Below, in pieces: positions 53,231 to 64,000 of a DNA stretch of 64,000 bases. The DNA is from Lingula anatina (Eukaryota > Animalia > Brachiopoda). Each line of letters starts with the position of its first letter. Position 1 is the stretch's first letter. The notes under the pieces were generated by a model. The model did not search any database. It worked only from the letters and a program-made list of their open reading frames with translations, and had not been told where the DNA came from. The position numbers were made by a program, and so were the translations under genes. The stretch covers positions 12,338,001-12,402,000 of the forward strand of contig CM120640.1 in the NCBI GenBank assembly GCA_051362555.1. Direction: 5' to 3'.

Positions 53231-56200
53231 ATGTTCAGAATGAATTTATGGACTAAACCGTTTTTCTTTGCTCGTGCCCCTTACCCAGGGACAGACCCAA
53301 AGGAGATGGCCAACCCATCCTTCCAGCTGGGCCCAAACCCCCTGGCATCCCCTGCCTTGATGGTCCTGGCATCCACAGCCGAGGCAGCGAGAGAGGCTGG
53401 TCATATTGCAGCAACATCACAGTATCAAGGACAGGGAATAGATGGCAAAGAAATGCCAGTGCCTTTCACCACAGCCTATGCCATGTATAGGCAAGGGGAG
53501 GGGTTTCCCCCACCCATGTATGCACCCCACTTGGCACCTCACCTGATGCGACCCATGGGAATGATAAACCCAAATGGAGGGGGAGCATTCCGCCCTGTTA
53601 CAACTGCCTCAGATACTGCAGAGTCCCAGTATCATTCTGCTTTCATTCCTGCCAAAAGACCGAAAATTGAAGAAACTGTCACAACGCCATCGCCTTATCA
53701 TTACAACAGTGAGACTTTTGATAAAAATGCTCGGCCTCAGTCACAGGATTCCAATGCCACCCTGTCTCCAGCAGGAGGCAAAGATGAACTGAGGGGAAAT
53801 CAAATCACACCAAACTCTGTTGATGCAGAGGCAAAGTCAGAGAGCAGTGACAGAGCGACACCAGAGGAGGGGAGAAATCTCAGAAGTGAGTAGACATTAG
53901 TTTTTATCTGGGTAAAGAGTTTTCGTAATTTTGTTTTTCTTTTGAACCAGCTAACCTTACCTTTTTGATAGTAATGGTAATATAAAGGTTTTACATATGC
54001 AAAATAAGTCCTCAACCAATGAATTTCAGCTTTTTCTAACAATTTAAAGATTTTTTTAGATTTCTAACTAGAAGTTATATGTCACTTTTTTTATCAGATT
54101 TTAAAAGTTTTTTATACATCCACAAAAAGTTTGTATGCAAGAAAATCCTTTTCATCTGGAGCTTGATTTTTAGAATGTATTCATGCTGCAATTTTTATGT
54201 GCTAATTGACTTTCTAGTCGCATTTTTATTTGGTTGAAAAAACTACTTGTGAAAAAAGCAGTCTATAACAAAATGAAAAAAAAAAGAAGAGAAAAATGCT
54301 TTTATTGTATACTATGCTGTATTAGGTTTAACCAGGTGAAGCTGATAGCTGTTATTTTCAAGTTATGATAGGGGATGAAAGGGAAAGAAAGAAGCACTCC
54401 ATTTAATATTGTCTACAGTTTCTCAACTTTTTACACCTGCAGTGAGCTTCGCATTATATTTGTGCTACGTAGTGTATCATGGAATCAGCACGTAACAGTG
54501 ACTGATCTCAGCTATTGTAATGCCTACTCTGCGGCACCTGTGGTTAGACGTGCCAAACATTGTGTCAATTTCATATCGATACCATCGGCTTTGAGTTACT
54601 CACACGTGTATAAGCGCCTTTCTTTTGGGAAAAAATTCTTTGTTCAGATTTGTTTTGCCAACTGTGCCCATTCTTTTAATTAGTATTGAGACTATTAATC
54701 TTACATGCTGTTTTATTGATCCATTTTACACCCCCACTGTGTCCAAGAGGTTCTAGATGATCATGAAATTATTATATCTGTGCTATTAAAAGTAAATGGA
54801 GTAGAAAATGGGAGATGAATAATTGATGGGGAAAAATAAGTAAGCCAGAATTGTGGGAAAAAAGCCTATTTTACTATGGAAAATATTCATATTATAGCTT
54901 TCTGACAAAGAAATTACCTACAGAAATGAAGAAGGCATGTTTGATAATTTAGTGCAGTATTTTTAAATTAAGTTAGAGTTGTTATTATTGTGTGGAACAT
55001 CAAACCCCAATTTAATGGAGTACAGGTGGTGACAGCAGTTCATGAAAAAGTCAAGGGGCCTACCCCTCTGTGAAGAAAATCATTAAACTGCTGATAAGAT
55101 ATTTATGAACATTATTAAACATGTATACAACCTTTAAAACAACTCGAGATTATATTTTCAAAACTCCCATGAGAGAGCATTCAGGAGTTTATCAGCAATA
55201 AACTTGACTGGCACGAGAGGTAGCATTATAATTCAGTCAGCTTTTCATTTTACTATACAATCCCCATCTGGTGTCTGATTGCAGACAAACACTGTAGTGG
55301 TTACAACTCTGAACAACTGATAATATCTCGGCAACCGAGGAGGCACAGCAGTTTCTGATTTTTTTATTGTAGTTTTATGAGCCACTGTCATTAAGCTGAA
55401 GAATCCATTTCCTTTTTTATTTGAAGGCTGTTGCTGGATTTAGTTTAACAGTTTTCTTCTACTTTTTAATGCATGTGTGTCTACATTTAATGGACATTAT
55501 TGGTTTTGTTCGTTCTTAACTCTCTGTGATTTGCAAAATGAAAAAAATGCCTAGTCGGCACTCTCTTTTGACTGCTTGTTCTACATTTTTGGTATGATTT
55601 TTTTAAACATTCAGTAAGTCTTTAGTGTCATTTTAGACAGTTTTTAGAAAATTTTCTGAAATAGTGATATATTAGACACAAAAAGTCTTAAAGTACATTT
55701 TTATTGTGAAAAAAAAGCAGTTGATGGCATCAATGTGGCAGCCTTGGAATTTCACTCTTTTTATAAATTTATCTTTCACGCTGTATTAACATGATCAATA
55801 GTGTTGATTTTTTTATGGCATTGCACTAAAAGAACCACGAGATGTTAAAACTACTTTCGTCACATTTATTTTCCTGTTTTCAAGTACATGAATATGAGGA
55901 TATGATATGAATATAGGGGAAATTTTTTAAAATAATTTTTTTTCTTTTTAAATGTGGGTAAAATTGTCATTATTCATTAAATGTAATCTTATATAAACCC
56001 TTGCTTTTTCTTTCACATTTCAACTGATACAGTATCTTGTATATTGTGCAACTTTTTAAAAATAACTAAAAGACCTTTTGTGAATACATGAAATGCCCAT
56101 TTTTTCTTCTTTAAATAAATTTTGATCGAAAAAAAAAATCCCAACCAATGAGGTTGTCAAATTACATTTTCATTTTGCTGGTCTACAATCACATTTTCTG

Positions 56201-59200
56201 TAACAGTGTACTCATGTGTTTGAAGCTTGTCCCCAGTTTGATAGAGCTGTAATTGCAGAAAATGTTGACTTAATTTGTATGAGGATTAAAATGTAATATG
56301 AACTACTCTGGTTGTGATTAAACCTACAAACAGACCAGGTAAACAAATTAATTGCCATTTTGGAGACACAAGCCACAGTTTATTGAAACCTGAACATCAG
56401 AGTGACTTGAGGAATTGCACAACTTGTAGATTTACTCCCTAGTGTTTAGTATGGTGGTGTGGGGAGTCGGACTTCAATAAATTTACTTTACCCTCCGCCT
56501 ACAAAGACCACCTTCTGGAAGAGAAAATTGGCACAGTAATACTCTGTTTTGGGGTATTTTTACTAGCAAAAAGGCAATTATGAAAAGTGAATATAGAGAT
56601 TGATTCTTGGCACTAATCTGTTTCTAGTTTGTATTGTCAGTAGGGGTATACAGCTACAGGTATTTGTTCATTTCAACCACATGGCAAAGCTTTATTATTC
56701 CACCAAAAGAGTCAACCTAATTTTCCCCATCCCTCTGTCTCCCCCTTTTCTTAACAAACCATGCAGGGTTGGTTCTACCTGGAGCACCTTCATTGTCATA
56801 AGCTGCTATCAATTAGCCACGCCAGGTTTTATAAACACAGCCAGAAAGTTACAGTAGTTGGGGGATGGCCTAAAGGAATACAGATACAAAGTTGCCTTAG
56901 AATTCACATGTACTCAAGGGTTTACATGGGCTGATTCAATTTAAAGTTAAATACTGCAATCTGGATACAATGCTTGGGTATTCCTATCCCTGTAGAACAT
57001 ATCCTCAAAATGTCCACTGGTTGCCCATGGTGTTTAGTATACTGGGCCTAAAATGGATAGTTATCACTTGGAGAAATGCATTTGCACAGAAGCCAGGTAT
57101 ACACTGATTTAATCCTGTTATTCTCTGTACTTTAGAATGGACTTGACTGCAGGAGATAATCACCCAAAGCTGATTAAGGCACACTTTGATGTTTTGTCCC
57201 AACACTGTAATTTCTGGGTTCCAGTTTATTTGTACACAAGGTGGGCTGTAGTCACCTTGTGTCAGTCTCGGTAGACAAAATAAATGTAGTCTACTGGAGT
57301 AGTTTTAAGAGCCTTATTTAAATATTTAGAAACTTGGAAACACGTTAGCTTTCCAATTTGTACCTGACAGGTAACCTAATTTTCACTTGGAGACATGAGG
57401 AAAATAGACACAAATATGTTACTTTCTGTTCTGTGATATTTTTCCTGTTATCAGAATAAGTGATAATTGAATGTTTTTAAGGAGCACTTGGCTATGTTAT
57501 AATTTTTTTTTTTTTTGTAAGAAAGGGAGATCTATGTGCACATTGGTGAAGTTTTACCCGTATATGTTCAAATGAACATTTCTAGTTTGATAGTATCTAG
57601 GTGATTACCTCCATTTGCCCAGACACTTCCACATATGGCAGACATGCTGAAACTGTCAGTCATGACCAGGAAAAAATTGGACCGACAAGAGTTTTAAAAG
57701 CCACACTTTTGAATTTAGAGTCATCATTTTACATACTTCCCTAATAAAATTATATAAAACCCAAAGCGTTTTTTTCCCTTCCATTTCACATTTTCCTTCA
57801 CATTCACAAACAAAGTAAGCTACCTTTAGAATCGTACTGGTAGTATCTGTCTGAAACGAATAGGGTAATTTTCGGTCCGACAAAAATCCATTCGGTCCGG
57901 CAAATTTTTCACTACTCCAAATGTACGGCCACTCTAAAAAGTTTTCAGCATGTCTGATATTGCAATGTTAGATGTGAGACTGGGTAAGCAAGTTCATATG
58001 TGTGGGAAGCTGACGGTCGTGATGTTCTCATATCATTGTGAGCTAGTGGAATACTTTCTCAAGCTGAATTATTTATTGGGGCGTATACCTGTAACTGATT
58101 TCCATTTCTGATCATTTCTTTTGCAATAAAAAAAATAAAAATAAAAATGAAAACTAAAAAAAAACAGAAAAAGGAAATTCAGTGCAGAAAGTTTAATCAT
58201 TTGTAAATAGGTAAAGAGTTTTAAAAGAATTAAGAATTTATATTTATGTATATTTTAAGAAAATTACTTACACCTACCTAAAATTAACTTCCACATGTTG
58301 CAGTGTTGTAAAAATAATTATTTGTAAATAGGTAAAGAGTTTTAAAAGAATTTAGAATTTATATTTTAAGAAAAAAATTTACTATTTCTTTTTTGAAATA
58401 AGAATTTTTCCAAGCGGATGATTTAAAAAGCAATAAAACTTAGGGTTTAAACTGTTGACTGAATGGGAAATGAATTTCTTTAAAAAACTTGAATGGGTGA
58501 ATGGGCCAGATAAGAACATAATGCATTGGCACTGACAACTTTTCCCCAACTGAACCTTCTTGAAGTTATTTTGAATAAACTCTTCTTATTTTTATGTTTA
58601 ATTTAATTTTTTTATAGAAGATACACCCAATTGATTTTTTAAATTATTTTTTAGAGCAAAGAAAACGAAACATCCAAGATGGCTGTTGCCCAGTATGTGG
58701 CTTGACATTGCGGACCGGGGAGATGGAGAGTCACCTAATCATGGAAATTGAAAAACTGGACAAAATTTGCAGGTACATAGTATTTTGGTTAAGGTTTTGT
58801 GCTTTATACTCTCTGCCCTGTTATATTACATTCTTGTTTTTAATTAGTAAATTTAGGAAGTGACAGATAAAGAGTGAATTCTTCTCGGTCTCTGTAGACG
58901 TGCCTGCAGATTGTTTAGTTTGGTGCGAAGTCATTGTGTGCTCTGTGTTGTTCCAGATAGTCACAAAAGTGCAAAAATGAGAAGTGTATTGGATTAAGTC
59001 TGGACGTGTCAATAATTACATTTAATTATTTCTCGTTTTGCACACAAGGAATACAATAACCTTAGAACCTTTCATGATACACTCCGGTTTTGTGTTTAAT
59101 TGAGAAAACATCAGGATCAGGTAGCGGTTTCCTGTGTATTCATTTCAAGTTAATTTTTTGTGCTTACTGACTGCTAAAAATATGTTTTTACATGGAAGAT

Positions 59201-62200
59201 GTGTGACGATTTCTAGAAACCTCCCTTAGAAAAATGGCAATGTTATTGTTATGAATGAATGATGCTGTGAACATTCAGGTTTCTACTAATTTTGAGTCAG
59301 TTGGCCGTTTGCTTTAGCTCTTTATTTTCCTTTGACTGTAATGGATCTTTGTTTTGCCTGCTACAGTCTTTTATGGGTGTCAGCTGATAATAAATTTGTC
59401 TATTACATGCTGTTTTGTTCTTGCCTATTGACACTAGACCAATAAACAGCTCAGAAAATGGTCAATACAGATTAAAGCATTTTGTGCTTCATGCAATAAA
59501 GGAGAATTCATTCCGTTCTTTCCAAAGTGAACTGCTGGATTATCACCAATAAGCCAGTCAATTCAAATGTCAGCTGGTTCCTAGTGAAGTTTAATAATAG
59601 TAAATTAATTGAATTTTGAGTGTCTCAATAAAACATCACTAAGGCAGGGCATAAGCCCACTGCTGTCTATCTATCTGGGCTTGGTTTAATTAAAAATTTA
59701 AGTGTTTTCATTTCCTATTACTAGTGAAATATTGCCCAAGACAGGCATGTAAATATTGGTAAAAGAAGTCAGTATATTGAATTAATATCTTTATTATTTC
59801 TGGCTTCCTCTCTTGATCGATTGGCACATGGAGTGTTATTAGGTATTGCGAAAAAGCAAGCAGGAAAATCAAAAGATAATGCAGCAATTAAGGGATTAAG
59901 TACTCTGGGTCTTTTTAATAAAACCCTGGTCTGTTTAAGTCGTATCTTGACATAAAGGAGAACTTCATAATACCACCAGAAGCTAATAGCCTCCCATTTA
60001 TTTTGAATATTGCCCTGAATAACTTGTGATTGGATTTTGCTGGCATTGAGCCTAGAGTCAAAGAATGAAACCAGATTGGAATCACTTTTTTATCAGCTTG
60101 TTTCAAGAGGTTGTAGATTTAGATACCATTAAGATCAATCCCTCAGGTGCCATTGTATTAAACTTGATGCTAAAATGTTATTTCTTACATTTTTTGAACT
60201 TGTATCTTATCATTTATAGCATTAGTTGCTCAGTATTTTGAAAAAAATTTCAGTTTTTTTTTTTTATTTTGTCTTTTCAGAACTGGAAGAAAAGGTGCAT
60301 GTAAAGATCCAAGTTCACAGGGAAAGAAGGTATATATGTTATAATGTTATATGCCATAATCTTTTAAATATGCTCAATTTGTGTAGAGAAATATAATAAA
60401 GGTTGTTATAAGCATATCTTGGATAGGTAAAAAAAAAGAAATATAATTCTTCTGCTATATTATATTTAAACTTTAGAGCAGTTTCACTTCTAACTTTTAT
60501 TTTTTATTATTAATTAGTTGAATATTATCTAAAAGCAATTTTTTTTTCAAATCAAAGTATCTTTTTTTTTCTAGTTTATGTTGTCTGGAAACTAATAAGG
60601 GTTGAAAGATGATATGTATGCTGTGCATAACTACTCATTACAAAATAATTGAGTCTGTGTGTGTTCTTTAAATTTGTAAAGTTGATACCATTTTTCTATT
60701 TTGCAACAGATTTAAAAAGGGAGGGTCAAATCTAAATTCACTTAGTGTCATTAAATGTTTCTTTTCTTTTCTTTACTGTCAACCAGTTTTTAATTTTCGT
60801 ACTGACATGCGTCAATTGTAAAGTAATTTTGAGACACCCTTAGATGTTTGCCCATTATGGCTGTTATCAGTCTATGTGTCTGCCATTTCTAAGGTAATTA
60901 GTTTTTGATTTTCAAAGAGTACTGCGTAGTTTAACACATTTTCACCAACAAACCTGACTATTGCATCCATTGGGGATTAGTTCCACAATGGCATGGAGTA
61001 GGGGGGGTTAAGAGAAAAGGCAATTTATTGCAACGCATTGCTGCATATTAAAACTTTTTGACCCACAAAACTTGTTAAGTTTTCACATTTGACTCTTAAT
61101 GGTATGATAATAGAGACAAAATGTCCACATGCTTGCATGAAAGTAATTGGTCACAGTGATAAATTTGACAGCAGCAGGTAATAGATTATTTTAACATGGC
61201 TGCCCCTGATAAGTAGTGTTTGTAGAAGTGGTAAAGGTGTAGTTTAATGTGAAGTGCTTTACTTCCTTTAATCCTCCTGCTTCCAAAGTGGCTACATCCT
61301 CCTACTTTTATTGCCTGTGAGGTTTAATTTTAAAGCCCTGCTGTAATTCTGTTTTTACCAAACTTCGTAGTCAAGATTTTAAATTTTGACAGCCTCCTCT
61401 TCAAACACATACTTTTTGCATTAAATCTCCCCCTCCCCTTTTTTCCCCATCATCATTGTACATCTAAAATCTTTCTGCTTGTGAAGAATGAGTATTCAAG
61501 AATATTTCAAAAGGACATTAACCTTTAAAAATATTATATTTTATGTACAATAATGCTATATATATACTACCTAATCTTGTACATTGTGGCTTATTTCTGA
61601 GTGGTTTCATTGGCATATTTGTGCTAATGGTGCTTTGACAAACCACACAATTTATGCTTGCGGTAGATCTGAATGTCTGCACTAGATAACCTCTCACAAA
61701 TTTAAGTAAGAAAAGAGGAAGATTCTTTTTTTTTTTTAAATTTACAATATCAGATTAATTATTTTGTAAGTTTGTATGGGATAGCTTGTATTTATGTAAT
61801 ATTTTAAAATAAACAAGTAGTTTTATTTTCATAGTCTTTTTAATTAACAATAATATAATTAAATGATAAACATGAAAGTCATTGTGAAATAGAAGGTATT
61901 TATGTTATGTTTTGAAATAAGAAAACGGTTCTCTTTTCATAGTCTTATACATTTAAATCAGACAGGGAAAATGCAAAAAAAAAGTTAATTTTGCCATTTT
62001 CTATTCAATATAAAAAAGTTCTTGTAGTGCAGGAATATTTTCAATACTCACCGTACCAATCATACTCAATTTACTTGGTCCACAGATTGTAGTACAGGCA
62101 CTGAAAATGTTCAAAGTTATTGTGATTGTGGAAACACCTGGAATTAGATGTAGGATATGTTCAGGTGACCAGGTGGCTGTCAGACTTCATACAAGTCATC

Positions 62201-63094
62201 CTGCACTTGGCTGCACACACACAACTGCTAACTACAATTTAAGAATGTTCCAATGACAAAGTTATGGGTGTGCAATTTGTCTGACAGAATTAAGTTTTGC
62301 TATGACTATAGGGCTAGTAGGTCCTGTTATTTACAGTGGTGCTTGGGGAATGGTGAAATTGGACTGTTCACCTGGCTGCTTTTCAATAGATTCAGGAACA
62401 CACTTTGTTTTGTTGGAATTACACCCAGACAAACAGTTGCAGTAAATCCTCTATCTGTATGGAAATGGTAATTGGAAATTTTGTCACTACAAATGACTTG
62501 TTTCCCCTGTGGAAAAATTAGACAACTGGGAAATGCTTGCAACTATGAAATTATTGGGTCAGATTTCACAAGGACCCAATACCCTTAGATTACGATGTGT
62601 AATACACCAAGAAGCAGCATCCTCTACAACCAATAAGATCATATAAAAAGCGATTTTATCAGAAGTATTTCAATTGATAAGCAAAAATCTAAAAGTACAT
62701 TTTTTCCCAATTTTACATCAGTAGAATCCTGTCTTAACCTTAAAAACATGTTAAGCTAAAAGTATTATGAAAATTTTTGCATCTTGATGTGAAAATTTTT
62801 ATTGAAAGATAATATATAACTTATTTATTTCTATGAAATCTTTTCTCAGGCAAGTTAGCGATATCTGCAGATATTGGAATGAACCATCCTTTTGGTTGGG
62901 AAAATCTTTACTGTGAATCAGAATTTGATCTAGGTTCTGTGTCTTCATGGTCAAAAGACCTCATTTAAAAATTGCTGGCTACAGGCCTGAGTTTTATATC
63001 TTTTTTCTTTTAGAGCTTCCCAAGTCCATCTACCAGCAGCAGAAGAAATTCAGATTCCCCTGGCCTGGATGGAGTGGGACAGACAAGATTTGAG
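53231..63094 (+). CDS. RNF220: RING finger protein 220 (E3 ligase), 5' portion; continues beyond the window
   Basis: Exon 53231-53885 carries the RNF220 signature PNPLASPALMVLASTAEA plus GAFRP and SAFIPAKRPK. Exon 58655-58772 encodes CPVCGLTLRTGEMESHLIMEIEKL. Exons 60281-60329 and 63014-63094 continue in frame. The RING domain is not reached in this window. Confidence 0.95.
57639..57956. mobile_element. hAT-like MITE in an RNF220 intron
   Basis: 14-bp perfect TIR CAGACATGCTGAAA / TTTCAGCATGTCTG. Subterminal motif GGACCG at left is mirrored by two TTCGGTCCG at right. TSD not clean. Confidence 0.7.
58199..58373. repeat. Local direct repeat, ~120-bp period
   Basis: atttgtaaataggtaaagagttttaaaagaatt.agaatttatattt occurs at about 58199 and 58320. 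Confidence 0.85.
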
Positions 63095-64000
63095 GTAAAA
63101 ATTTTGGAAAAAAAAGGTTTTTCATACTAACAGAAGTGAGTCAGAAACTTTTAATTTGATACTAGATAATCGCAGTAGACATTTGATGTTTTAAGGGACA
63201 AAATTAATAGGATGAATGAATGAACTAGCTGACCTCTGTATATACTAAAAGTCACCTCTCAGTCTTCCTTTCAAACTGAAGTATACATCCTGAGACAACA
63301 TTTTTTTCTCGTGACCTGCATTGAATAAAGAGTAATAAGCAATTCCTAATTAAACAAATATTTCTTTATTAAATCACTTCAAAAAGAAATATTTGCAAAC
63401 ATAATTAAGTATAGCTTCGAATGCGTTGAAACATACTGAATTTACTGCATTATCTTTCTTTGCAGATAAAGCATTCAAAAAAAAATTACTAATTAACCCA
63501 TTTCCATTTAATGACAATTGTGTCTGGCAAAGATATTGATAAAATTAAGCAAAAGCTCTCCCCTGGTGTTATACATTGTCTGTTCAAATAATTTAAGTGG
63601 GGAAGAAAAATCTGAAACTATAGTTGATCTCTGACATGATTGGATTGGTATTGGACTATCTGTACCCTAGCGGATCCCTGTCTGGGGGAGTATTACATTA
63701 GATAAAGGCTAGAAAAGGACAGTATTGAAAAAGGAATATTTCGTAACAGCCATTGGGGTCAGAAGCCACTTTTTGAAGTGAATACAGAAACCGCATTTGG
63801 CAGCACCCCTGAAGGATTTTGGATAACTGTGACAAAAGGGAAGTTCAATAAAGCATGGCTTGGTCCCCCCACAGGAGCCATAAAACACTGATTTGATTAC
63901 CACACGTGAACTGCCCCTGAAAAAAGCCACTACCCCACATGAGCAACACCCATGCCTGCTTCACAACCTTTTATTGAACTACATTAAGGCGCTACTTATT

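Noticed and set aside
63709-63930. 73-aa minus-strand ORF in a GC-richer patch
   Set aside because: No recognisable domain or splice context; it lies in an RNF220 intron at the window edge.

Overview
AT-rich, intron-containing animal genomic DNA. An invertebrate, probably lophotrochozoan or mollusc-like, origin is my inference. Six spliced protein-coding genes can be reconstructed with canonical GT-AG junctions: the 5' part of PRPF8 (minus strand, 27 coding exons here, continuing off the left edge), GPR143/OA1 (+), CCDC92 (-), a Deltex E3 ligase (+), EFCAB14 (+) and the 5' part of RNF220 (+). PRPF8/GPR143 and CCDC92/Deltex are head-to-head pairs. Two things stand out. (1) A 3.25-kb ISL2EU-type (PHIS group) DNA transposon relic sits in a PRPF8 intron. 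It has an AT target duplication, imperfect TIRs, convergent broken THAP-DDE transposase and SAP-YqaJ exonuclease genes that both lack their catalytic cores, and an internal 548-bp tandem duplication. (2) A second two-exon module encoding a cytoplasmic tail plus transmembrane anchor lies upstream of EFCAB14 and is phase-compatible with EFCAB14 exon 3, predicting interchangeable N-termini. Several MITE, foldback and Helentron-like repeats occupy introns. No tRNA, rRNA or CRISPR features were seen. Coordinates were read by eye and no database search was run.
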